From: Octopus sinensis
Taxonomy: Eukaryota
DNA: 64,000 nt
Direction: 5' to 3'
Assembly (NCBI RefSeq): GCF_006345805.1
Contig: NC_042998.1
Span: 153,822,001 to 153,886,000, forward strand
Position numbers and translations under genes: made by a program. Positions within the stretch are counted from its first letter, which is position 1. Every line of letters begins with the position of its first letter. The notes under the pieces were generated by a model, which had not been told where the DNA came from, did not search any database, and saw only the letters and a list, made by a program, of their open reading frames with translations. Shown here in pieces: positions 52,658-64,000 of this stretch.

Positions 52658-53330
52658 ATATAGATACATACGTATCTATATATATGATGACCACTGCATG
52701 AAGCTTAACTGTTATTGGTGCTGTGATCAAATGTGACTTTCATTTGCTTTTTAAGGCTACAGCCAGCCATTCAGTCGAGACTCACAGCACCATCAACAAT
52801 CATGAACAATGTTGTTATCGTGCAATGCCTGTGCAGGAAGATTTTTTTTAAAGTGAGGAAAGGCTGTGCACTGAGTCAATCCCACTCACTAAGCAACAGC
52901 AGCCATAATCTGAAAAGAAGAACAAGTCAACATCATCGATAACCACTTGAGCCGCAGGTTTTATGTCGGAGTTATCCCAGTTACCTGAGTTACCTTCTCC
53001 TAGAAGGATGCCCGAACAAAGGCTAGGAGTCCTTCACTTCCAATGGTTTAACCGCGCGATCGGGTATTCAGTCCAATTATTTCTATGTCCCCGCGCATGA
53101 TACAGCCTTAAGAAAAAAAAAACACATTTATTGGATGGCCGTTGACTCTCAAGAGTTCCTCTGCCCTTTGACGGGTTTTGTTTTTCATCCCACAGGGTGT
53201 CCAATAAACACCCTCCTCACCAAGTAAGCTTGGTGGGGTTGCCGGTTTAGTCACCGACGGCCCGACCATGCAACAGGTTGTACTGGGTTACATGTTACCA
53301 GTAGCACTCGAAAGTGACATAGATATATAC

Positions 53331-53381
<51 letters not shown>

Positions 53382-53407
53382 TACACATACATATAGATAC
53401 ATATGTA

Positions 53408-53439
<32 letters not shown>

Positions 53440-53714
53440 AATGTATGTATTTTTCCCTTGTTTACACGGAAAAGTAACAAGGAAAAAATAAATAGTTACC
53501 AGGGCAGCAAAAAGTCACACAAGTAATAAGGACGTACAACCCTGTTTGTAAAGGTAGAAACTCTGGGTTGATGTGAAATATTTTGTATAATATATATAAA
53601 TAAATAGATGAAGTTAAACGCCGGTGTTATTCAAATTCTTTTACTTCCGACATATGTTTTAAAGACAACATTGGTATTATTCCAAAAGGAATAAAATGGT
53701 GTGAAACAATATAT

Positions 53715-53945
53715 ATTTCTTTACTACCCACAAGGGGCTAAACACAGAGAGGACTAACAAGGACAGACAAATGGATTAAGTCGATAATATCGAGCCCAGT
53801 GCGTAACTGGTACTTATTTAATCGACCCCGAAAGGATGAAAGGCAAAGTCGACCTCGGCAGAATTTGAACTCAGAACGTAGCGACAGACGAAATACTGCT
53901 AAGCATTTCGCCTGGCGTGCTAACGTTTCTGCCAGCTTGCTGCCT
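53715..53945 (-). mobile_element. SINE, same family as 24694-24900
   Basis: Reverse complement aligns with 24694-24900 including B box gagttcaaattc and the ataaagaaata tail. Confidence 0.85.
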
Positions 53946-54374
53946 TGGAAATGGTGTATAACAATATAATCTTCTCATCAGGGAAAGAAAGAAAGAAACC
54001 AAAATCATCAATAAGACATTTTAATAGAATATGATGTGTATAATGATGAACGGAAGGCTATTTACTTTTTTTTTTAAACCCTCACTAGATATAACGTCAA
54101 TGGTAGCCAATAGAAAGAGAAGGGGTAAAAGAAAGAAATAAGCAGAAAACTAATAAAGGAGAAATATAGAGCGATATGTGAATTAAGCTTGGAAATAGAC
54201 ATATTTAGTGCAAGTAAAATGTAAGAAAAAATCAATGTTCAAATTATATCGAATGATAGAAATCACTTATATGATCTAAAGGCATGTTTCTGTCAATGTT
54301 TCCCTTGATAAGCACGGTCTATAAACGTGATTACAAGGGATATATATACATGCATACATACACACACACACATA

Positions 54375-54422
<48 letters not shown>

Positions 54423-54777
54423 ACCATGCTAGCATGGAGAACGGACGCTAAGTGAATGAATGATGATATATATATTATATATGCTCTTTACTTTTTTACT
54501 TCTTTCAGTCATTTGACTGTAGCCATGCTGGAGCACCGCCTTTAGTCGAGCAAGTCGACCCCATGACTTATTCTTTGTAAGCCTAGTACTTATTCTATCG
54601 GTCTCTTTAGCTGAACCGCTAAGTTACGGGGACATAAACACACCAGCATTGTTGTCAAGTGATGTTGGGGGGCAAAATACACACACACACACGTACATAT
54701 ATATATATGTATGTATATATGTATATATATATATATTATATATATATATATATATAATATATATATATGTGTATATA

Positions 54778-54811
<34 letters not shown>

Positions 54812-55040
54812 CTTTATTTTAAGCAGCAGAAAATTCAACAAAATCTGTTACTCTGAGTTTCTCGTTGCCGTTCATCAGACAGTTCTTGCTAGAACTGTCT
54901 GATGAACGGCAACGAGAAACTCAGAGTAACAGATTTTGTTGAATTTTCTGCTGCTTAAAATAAAGCATATTACTCTACCACTGGTATTTGAGTACTCTTT
55001 TTTCCACCTTGTTTCACATTTATGTGTTTACTCCGGTATA
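54812..55040 (+). mobile_element. PLE-type pseudo-LTR mini-element with perfect 5' inverted duplication
   Basis: 75-bp identical arms 54812-54886 and 54891-54965, loop tgct; the right arm continues to about 55040; (TA)n on both sides. Confidence 0.75.
54895..54932 (+). ncRNA. Minimal type I hammerhead ribozyme motif (identical antisense copy at 54845-54882)
   Basis: ctgt-CTGATGA-a cg gcaa cg a-GAAA-ctcagag-TA-acag: intact core, GNRA-capped stem II, palindromic stem III ACTC-A-GAGT, GUA triplet, predicted cut after 54928. Confidence 0.8.
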
Positions 55041-55089
55041 TATATTATATATATATATATATGTGTATATATATATGTGTGTGTGTATA

Positions 55090-55135
<46 letters not shown>

Positions 55136-56522
55136 TATATATATATATAATATATATATGTGTGTGTATATATATATATATGTATATATATATACATATA
55201 TATATGTATGTACTAGCATTAAAGACCCGTCGTTGCCGGGTGCTAGTGCATGTATATATGTGTATATATATGTCTACATATTACATGTACATCTATATAT
55301 ATACATCTACACATAAAATACAAAATACAAAGTTACATCTTGATATCGCTAGTGATAACAATACTCAAAATATATAACAGACTGGAATTGTTAGCCCGTC
55401 TCTTGTAATCTCGATCAATTGTATCTTGACCTCCCTCTTGTATAGAAGTGTGGCTACAATCCAGCCTACCTCTACTTCGGGGGGGGGGGGGGGGGCATTA
55501 AAAATTTTTGCGGCACGTCCTACGTCCCAGATATAAAAGTAAAAACAAAATATTTCTACTTTGCAAGTTCGAGTCAAGTACTCCCTTGCACGCTCCGTTT
55601 CCGTTGACTCGAACCTTGCTTCTATTGTGGCGAATCTACTGCCTCTGATTAGATATCTTTCATAGTCGCACCAAGACACTTTTCGACGGTGCTTTCCTCC
55701 ATGTGTTCAAATCTTCTTTTTTCTCTACATTGTATACTTTATAGACAATAGTCTTTTCTTTAATTTAATTTTTTATTATCCATCTGGACTATTCCCTTTC
55801 TGCACACTAATTTTATTTTTAATTTATTCCCATTCATGTGAAACCACTTATTCAAGTTCAAATCATTGATGCAATTTTATACCAATTGCTATTTTTACTT
55901 TTGTTCTGTTTCGCTTATATTATACTTTAGTTTGATTTTAATTATTACTTACTACATATAATTCAATTGTTATTATTTTTATTGTTAATGTGAAAGTATC
56001 TGACATAAAATAGATTGCTAGCCTTTTCGTGGCCAGCAGCCGTCGCAGCAAGACACATTTTTTCTCTCTCTCTCGCCCTAAGGCACATTTCTAAATCCAG
56101 CTCGAAATTTATTCGTCCTGTCGAAAAGACGCTTGTCTGTGGCGTCCTGTTCTTGTTATTATTATTATTATCATTATTGTTTTTACGTATTTTTGTACAC
56201 TTATTCATGTTATCATTATTGTCTTTACGTATTTTTGTATTCTTATTTGTGTAACATCGTCCGGTTTTCCATCCTTGTTTTGTATACATTCGAGGCTTTC
56301 TTCCAAGGAATCTAATGCGCTTGACTTAGATTTTCCTTTGGGGCTGGCAAGATCGGAGCAATCTCAAGATTAATCAGCCGAAATTGTGAGGATGATCCGG
56401 TTCTCGACTGAAGATTGAAGGCTTCGAATGTCCCATCCGTGTTTTTAGTATCGTCTCCTAAATGTTTTACGTTCTTGTCCCAGTTTGTATTTTTTTACAT
56501 TTACATATATATATATATATAT

Positions 56523-58540
56523 TGTTACGGAGATGAAAAAAAGGGGAAACACGGTGACCCAGTTCCGTTGGCTGGAGTCGACCCGGCAGGGAAAAGAAAT
56601 AATGGGTCTTTGTCTTGTCAACGGCAACAGGAAATTAATGAGTTAGGAAGTGGCATTTTGATCCCTACACGGTCAGGGAAAGGTTATAAAAAAATTTAAA
56701 TGCCACCCTTTAAAATGCGATGAGCTGGTGCTAGAAGATCAGACAGCCAAGGGCCCGGAGAAGAGAGCAGTCTATACAGACGGTCACCCAAGAAAGTAGG
56801 TGGTGATGGCAAAAGGCAACAGCGAGGTGAGGAAGACAGACAGAGAAGATTGAGAAATTGACAAGCGAGAGGAAGTAAGGAGGATGACAGCGAAGAATTT
56901 GGATTACTTATAGTAGAGTTTTGTGATGTTCAGGAAGTGTTGCCGGTATTGTTGTAAATGTTGTTTCTTCTGTATGTTTTGAACTTTGATGTTGGAATGT
57001 AAAAGAAGGGGGAACTGTAAGATGTGTTTCTAAAAGGAAAAGAACATTGTGTTAAAAGAAAGAGACCATTTGTTTTGATTTGTTTTGAAGGATCGAACTC
57101 GGTATTGTGTTTTCAGACGTTGTACTATGTTTACATGTATTTGATTTGGTTATTCGAACTGTGTTATGTTTAACCCTTTCGTTACCAAACCGCCCAAAGT
57201 CGCCCGAAAAAAATTTTGGTTAATGTGACCAAACCGCCCGAATTTACCTATTCATATTTAAATGAGAATATCAGAGCAAATCTCTTTAGTACATTCGTGA
57301 AAACACGTATTATACTTCATAAAGAGTTCAACTACAGTTTTGTACTAAAATCGAAGTGTAATTTTAATTCCGTGAATTTTGGGAGATTTTTTTCCGAAAT
57401 TTGTTCCTATTGTGTTTACAAAATTTATAATTCTGACAAAAAATGGATACGAATTTCATTATATCAAGCAGCGAGTCAGAATTCGAAGGATTTTCTACTG
57501 AAAACCTTCATAAATCTAACTCTATGACTGAAAAAAAAAAGCACGTGGTATTTGATAATGAATCTGATGTTTCATTTTCCGAAAGTGAAAACTGAATCCG
57601 AGAGCTCCAACAGCGATAAAGAAAATGAATTGGCACCTGAATGGAGTGAAATTTAAAAACTGTTTCTTTCGGTGATTTTTCTGAAGAAACTGGACCAAGC
57701 CACAGACTTTCCCTGAAGAGTAAATAAAGCCTTAGACTATTTCTTTTTACTTTTTCGAATGAGCCTATTTGAAATCATTACGGTAGAAACGAACCGTTAC
57801 GCTAAATGTAAACAAAACGAAAGAAGGGATACTTTGTGGTTTCCCACAACCTTAAATGAAATTAAGACTATTTTGCCATAAATATTATTATGGGTATCAG
57901 AAGTTACCCAGAATAACAAATTCTATCGTAAAATTTTGTTGTATAACCAATTGAATATTAGCTAATAACCCATTTTCTATAGCGATGTTTGAACAAAATT
58001 TTAATAATTTTATATATTGTTGAATTTACCTCTATCTACCTGCAATTAGAGTCACTTTGTGACAAAAATTATAGTATAGAATTGGTTGAGAATATTTCAT
58101 TAAATTATCTTCCAAAATTCACGTTAATATATTGATAAATAAAAAAGTTATAGTTATTTAATGAAACCAGACTAAATTTATGATTATGTAAGAAATTAAT
58201 TGAAACACATAAGGGGTGTATTTTCGTCAGAAATATAGTAACGAAAGGGTTAAATACATTGATTGTTTTTTTTTAACTCAGTGTACGGTCTGTTAAATGT
58301 TTTTAAATGTATTTGAAATGTATCACATTTAATTGATGTTGTAAAAATTGTATAAATTGTTAAATGTAAGCAACTACCTCTGCTGTCTCTCTCTTCCTTT
58401 GTTGTTGTTGTCTCCGGTCACTGGTTTGCGTTCACTGCCCACCCCCGCTTTCAGTGGTGGACTTCCGATTTGACTGAGTGTAGTCGTCGTCGCTCAACTT
58501 AGGGTCCTGAGTCTGAGTTGAGCGATGGCACGTCGTAACA
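56523..58540 (+). mobile_element. Solo LTR (Gypsy-like), interrupted by a piggyBac MITE
   Basis: TGTTACG...CGTAACA termini; flanks ATAT/ATAT; internal blocks similar to 60262-61364. Orientation is inferred and uncertain. Confidence 0.7.
57174..58249 (+). mobile_element. Non-autonomous piggyBac, same TIR family as 28684-30159
   Basis: TTAA-ccctttcgttac...gtaacgaaaggg-TTAA; shared subterminal sequence, different interior. Confidence 0.92.
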
Positions 58541-59979
58541 ATATATGTATATATATATATATATACGACTGTCTTTCAGTTTCCGTCTACCAAATCCACT
58601 CACAAGGCTTTGGGCGGCCCGAGGCTATAGTAGAAGACACTTGCTCAAGGTGCCACGCAGTGGGACTGAACCAGCCATGTGGTTGGTAAGCAAGCTACTT
58701 ACCACACAACCACTTCTACGCCTATAGCTACTTACCACAAAGCCACTCCTACGCCTATATATATATTTTTTCTTTTATTTGGTTCAGTCATTTGACTGTA
58801 GCCATGCTGGAGCACTGCCCTTAGTCGAACAAATTGACCCCAGTACTTATTCTTTGTAAGCCTAGTACTTATTATATCGGTCTGTAAGGTACTGCATGAG
58901 TGGAAATATACATGAAAGAAGCTTTGAAAATTCAATTTTAAAGATGTTTATTCACTTGACCGGTTTCACTTTTTTAGAAAAAGATTGTCAAAAGTAAAAT
59001 GTAAAGCTTTGTATAAGCTTTGTTGTGTTAATTACTACTTGTCACAAAATATTAAAATACATATATACATTCTTTGATAATAATAAGAAAATGTTAAAAA
59101 CAGTTTACAAGGAAATATCTTGAGAAAATATTAAACAAAAAGTTCAATAAAAATATTAGGAGTTCATTAAAAACCATGTTTGTTTGAAAGTATCTATATG
59201 CATGCACAGAAAAATATTAGGAGTTCAAAAAAAGTCATATTTGGTAGTATATATATATATATACACAGAAGGAGATATATTTAGGAGTTTATAAAGAATT
59301 TGAGATGAACTGAATTATAAAGAATTTGAGATGAACTGTTTTAATATTTTCTATTTTGTGTGAAGCTATGGGTTGTTTGCTATCTTAAGGGACAGTGTGG
59401 GAGGTTGGTTGGGGTGTGGGGGAAGGGAGAGCAATGTGGAATTGAAAAGATTTTTTGTTTCTCTTTCATGGTTCAGTGGTTTTGGGGACTGGTCTCAGAG
59501 GTCAGAATGGTGTGAGTGTATATACAACTCTATGTATCCAAGTATATATACATGTGTTTGTGTGTGGGGGCTGTTTTTGTGTATATATATTATTGTAGTG
59601 TAAGTACATGTGTCTGTGTGTGTTTTATATTTGGTAGGATGGTGTGTGTATATATGTACGTTTGTGCGTGTGTATGTGTGTGATTAATATTTGTTAGGGT
59701 GTTGTGTGTGTACGAGTGCATGTATGTGTGCGTCTGTGGGTGCGTGTGTATGCTTGTGTGTTTTTTTGTGTTGGTGAGGATGCTATGTGTGTGTACGTGA
59801 GTGTGTGCAGACAGGAATGTGTGTGTCTCTGAGCTTGTGTTGTTATGATTGTCCTGGTGTTGTGCGTGTGTATATGTGTGTGATTGGTATTTGTCATGGT
59901 GTTGTATGTGTGTATGTATATGTATATGTGTTTGTTTGCATGTGTATCTGTGTGCGCGCACGTGTATGTTTGCTTTTTT

Positions 59980-60033
<54 letters not shown>

Positions 60034-60101
60034 GGATGCCATGATAGATCGTTAGCTCCTACACACATTTTTTTTTTACTCTCCTTGTTTTTTTCTGTGT
60101 A

Positions 60102-60139
60102 TCTTTTTGTCGAAAACCGTAGGCTCGAAACATAAAAGA
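60102..60139 (+). ncRNA. Very degenerate hammerhead-like motif in a roughly 200-bp insert between (TA)n tracts
   Basis: tcttt-ttgtcgaaaa-ccgtaggctc-GAAA-ca-TA-aaaga; stem I and GAAAC present, 5' core not recognisable. Confidence 0.3.
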
Positions 60140-60261
60140 CTTGTTCTATTTCTATTCCTGAAAGCCATACTAATACATTTGTTTGTTTGTACTCCACCTG
60201 CCTTCGTCTTTGTTTATTTTCGTAAACCTTCCAGTTATATATATATATATATATAAGATAC

Positions 60262-61364
60262 TGTTACGAACGCCAAGGAAAAAGTAAACGAACAAAAAAA
60301 CATTATGCCCCTTGTTCCATTAGTTGGAATCGAACCAGTGCTTCAGTTGTTCAAGTCAGTGTGATTTCTTTTTTGTCCTGTCAAGGAGCACGGTTATTAA
60401 TGACCGTAGGCACTTGACCTCTGGCCCTCTACGGTCACAGAGAGTTTAAAGAAGACAAGGGAAATACACACTGTTGTTGTACGATATGTCTCTCTTTCTA
60501 GCAGCTGGCCGTTAATATATACGGGTAGCGCTAAGTTGCCAGTCAGTCAGCAGAGGACCAAACAAGGGGGTCAGTCAGTCAGATGAGAGGACAAGAGGTA
60601 GTCAGGAAGATGACAGTCACAGACTGACAGGGGCAGAGAGAGATACATGTAGAAGCTGGGCAACTGCAGTGGGAGACGTGATTAAGAGAATGTGCCGGTA
60701 ATGCTTTTGTGTTTTAACCTTTGATGCTTAAATGTTAAAAAAAGGAAACTTTGATGTGTTAAATGTTTCAAGAAAGAAAAGAAAGACTGTGACGTTAACT
60801 GTTGAAAAGAAAAAAAAACTTGTAAATGTTTAAAAAAAAGAGGGAGAGTAAGACTTAAAAAGAAAAGGAAAAAAAAGAAATGAGTTGTTGACTGTTTTTA
60901 AAAGAAGGGAAGAGAGAAAAGAAAAGGAAGAAGAGGAAAGAAGAACTTTGAGAACGAACTCTGTGTTAGAAGAAAAAGAGTTGTGTTAAAAAAAGGGAAC
61001 GTACTCTGTGTTGTGTTATCAAATGTTAAATCTTGAAAAAACAAAGAGAAACGTATTGTGTCAAATGTAAATGATTTTTTTTGGAAGAAATCGAACTCTG
61101 TATTGTGTCAAATGTTACATGATTTGTTAACCTTTCTCATTGAATGCTTTTGTTCAAAAAAAAAAGTTGCTTGATTAGGCAACCCTGTGTGTCTTTCTTC
61201 CTTTTGTTGTTGTTGTTGGTTCCTGGCTGCATTCGCTGCCCTCCTCACTTCCCGTAGTAGATTTTCCAGTTTACTGAGTGCCGTCGCCGTTGCAAGCGGG
61301 CTGTTCCTGGCGTGAGGGCCATGTGGTGGCATCGGAAGGCCTTGGGCTTGTGCGCGGCGTAACA
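60262..61364 (+). mobile_element. Solo LTR (Gypsy-like)
   Basis: TGTTACG...CGTAACA termini with a 4-bp TSD ATAC/ATAC; about 1.1 kb; no internal coding region. Confidence 0.78.
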
Positions 61365-61949
61365 ATACATATATACATATATACTTCTGGTTTCATTGAA
61401 GACGTGTTTTTTTTTACTTCTCTGAAACAACCAAAAAGGGGTTGCATAAATCAACGAAATAATCTACTAAAACCAACAAAAATGTAGAACTTGTTATATC
61501 ATAAAGGTCTACTAAAATATATTAATTAAAAACCATAATATATTTCGCTACAAGCCAAAATTTAATACATTAAAGTCAGTTACGCATGCGAGATTTTTCG
61601 TCGGAAAAGCACGTGGTTGCAAGTCGTATTTTTATTTCCAGCTGAATGTAAGAAGCAAAAAGAATTGTTTTCTTTTCTTTTTTGAAAGAAAACTTCTTAA
61701 TACAAGAACAAGGATTTGGAATTTTACCTCTTGCGAATAAGTATCCTTTTCATTTGTTTATTTTCCTTTAAGGTAACATCTGAGTTACGACTTCATCTTC
61801 ATTTACTTTCTGAGAATAATTTTCTTTCAACTTCTGTTACAGTGTCCACTTCGCTTTCAATCTATTTTTCACTTTATCTCTTTAAAATTACTTAGAAATG
61901 TAGTTTAGTTTAGAATTATATACTTTTTCGTTTCCCGACACATTTCGTA

Positions 61950-64000
61950 CCTACTCCCTATCTACCTCTTTCTCTCTCCTCCCTTAGATATATTCCTCCA
62001 TTTCCAGCTCCTCTCTCCCTTCCTTTATCTCTCTTTACGCCTACTCTTTCTCTCTCTCTTGCATATCTTACTCTTTTTCTCATCTCTCTCCCTCCCTTTC
62101 ATATCCTCCTCTTTTCTCACTTCTCTTTCCTTTCCTTTGCATCTCACATCTACCTCTCCTCCTGTCACCTCACCCTCTCATTCATATACTTCTCATTTGC
62201 CCATTCTTCTCACTCCGTTTCTCCCTCTCTCTCACATCCTTCATCCTTTCCTGTCTCTCCCTCACTCTGTCTCTTTTTCTTGCCATCCTCTCCCTCCTTC
62301 TGTCTGCCTCTCTTCCCCTCTTCTCCTTCACACTGCCTCTATTTCTCTTCCCCTCCTCTCCTTCACTCTGTCTCTTTTTCTATTCCCCTCCTCTCCTTCA
62401 CTCTGTCTCTTTTTCTATTCCCCTCCTCTACCTTCCTGTCTCTTTAACACGCCACACTCCCTTGCTTTCCTCATAACAACCTCTCTATTTCCTTCATAGC
62501 ACCTCTCTCTTTACTTCATATCTCCCTCTCTCTTTCCCTATTCCCCCTCTGTGTTTCTCCCTCTGTCTCTCATTACCTCTCTAGCCTCTACTCCCGCTCT
62601 GGCCTTAAAAAACGAAGATGGCACCAAAGTGGGAAAAGAAAGAATTAAATCTTCTGCTATGAGCGTGGGCAATTGCTAGTGGTGATCTGCCAAACAACAT
62701 CATCACTGCTGCACTAAAGAACAATGGCTTTCACAGAACCATTGATCAGATAAAGCGGAAGAAGACTGAATTTATCCGGTCTTAAATGCTTGGATAACAT
62801 AATTGAAAATTATTGTGGCAAGGCTAATAAGGATGGAGAAGACGAAAAAGAAAAGGAAACAAAACCCCGGAAGTCTCTGTAATCCAGAGGTTCCTCAAGA
62901 AAATGTATCACCTACCCCAGTGAATGACCAGGCAGAGAAGGATAGGGGAGCCAAGGGAGCAGTAACTGGAAGCCACCCTGTGCCAGTGGTCCTACAAAGG
63001 AACGGAGTCCTCACCCCATTAGAAAAACAGAAGAAAAAAGGAAGGACGGAAAACGAAAATAAAGAAGGAAAGGAAGAGAAAGGAAAAGGCAAAACAACCA
63101 AAATTGAAACCCCAACCCACCAAACAAACAACAGAAAACCCCATGGAGGATACAACACCATCCAAACCCTTACAGGAAAGATGAAATCTGGAAGGCACCC
63201 AAGAACCTGTAAATTTTACCTGCAGGGCAAATGTTGGCATGGGGAGAACGGCAAAAACTACCGGTTTGCCCACCCGACACCCCGCCAGAACTACAGGGAA
63301 CTTAGAGAGAAAAACTTTACAGAGGAAAGACAAGAAATGTCTCCCAGGAAAACATTCAGAAAAGAAGGGTGATCCTCAGATGTTCTGTGCAACGCAGCAG
63401 CTGAGCAAGAGTCTTTTTTGTGCATGGCGCAAACAATTGTCCAGCAGCTAACCTGGCTTCGACAGGCACAATGAAGGAACCTTGCCCACCATTATGTAAG
63501 TCTACCACAGTCAACAGACACAGGATGGCCTCCCCTAATGCTTGCACAGTCGTCAACCCAATACTTTTACTAAATACTGGGGGCCTGTTGCATCAAAATA
63601 AAAAAGAAATTTCTTTCTTCAGAGATCTTACTGCATGCAATCAAGCTCTATGCATAGCACTCGTGGAAACTCACCTCAGCCCTGATATAGAGGATGCAGA
63701 AGTACACGTACCAAACTATGCCATACTGCGAACAGACAGAAGGGAAAGGAGCCATGGTGGAGTTGCTATATGCATCCGTGATGACCTCACACCCCAGGTC
63801 TTACTGGCATATTCAAATTCGGTATGTGACACTCTAATTGTATACATAAGACAACATAATATAGTCATATGCAATACATATTGCCCACCAGATGCTCCAA
63901 ATCACATGGGCAAGTTTGAAGATTGCCTCAAGAATTAAAGAAATCCTCATGAATCAGGAACATCACGTGACCATATTTCTTATGGGTGATTTCAACTTCC
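61950..64000 (+). mobile_element. 5' part of a second CR1-group LINE related to 48005-52400
   Basis: CT-rich 5' UTR; ORF1 from ATG 62618 MAPKWEKKELNLLL*AW..NNIITAALKNNGFHRTIDQIKRK; CKFYLQGKCWHGENGKNYRFAH; EN LLNTGGLL..ETHL..GGVAI..MGDFN running off the window. Confidence 0.9.

Noticed and set aside
53640-53695. Minus-strand aaacatatgtc-ggaa resembling a hammerhead 3' half
   Set aside because: The CUGANGA half is unrecognisable and GAAA is altered; too degenerate to call.
56280-56460. CTGAAGA and GAAA-like words in a structured repeat
   Set aside because: Could not form consistent stems I-III on either strand.
59370-60030. Long ORFs (59590-60197) in GT-rich sequence
   Set aside because: Low-complexity (GT)n/(CA)n-derived sequence.

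Overview
AT-rich, microsatellite-dense eukaryotic DNA, almost entirely transposon-derived. The SINE/RTE tails and (TA)n load suggest an octopus genome (inference). I found one host coding exon: a 51-nt, phase 2-2 exon on the minus strand (35763-35813, KLVKNYQPKKKDEDEC) that matches the F-BAR helix of Cip4/FNBP1/FNBP1L (TOCA) proteins, so the window appears to be two very large introns of that gene. The introns hold nested remnants of RTE LINEs, CR1-group LINEs, Penelope-like elements (PLEs), Helitrons, piggyBac, mariner, SINEs and two solo LTRs. The most interesting signals are: (1) up to six hammerhead-ribozyme-like motifs tied to PLE tails, two of them copied into near-perfect head-to-head hairpins so that a motif sits on both strands; (2) a C4HC3 PHD-type finger inserted inside the RT of three separate RTE copies; (3) a CR1-group ORF1 with a Myb/SANT-like N-terminus plus a CCCH finger, in two copies; (4) a roughly 3.4 kb compound (TA)n/TACGTTAC satellite with polarity switches. 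No CRISPR, rRNA or true tRNA gene was seen. Element boundaries are approximate (tens of bp) unless a TIR, TSD or splice site is quoted. All alignments were done by eye.
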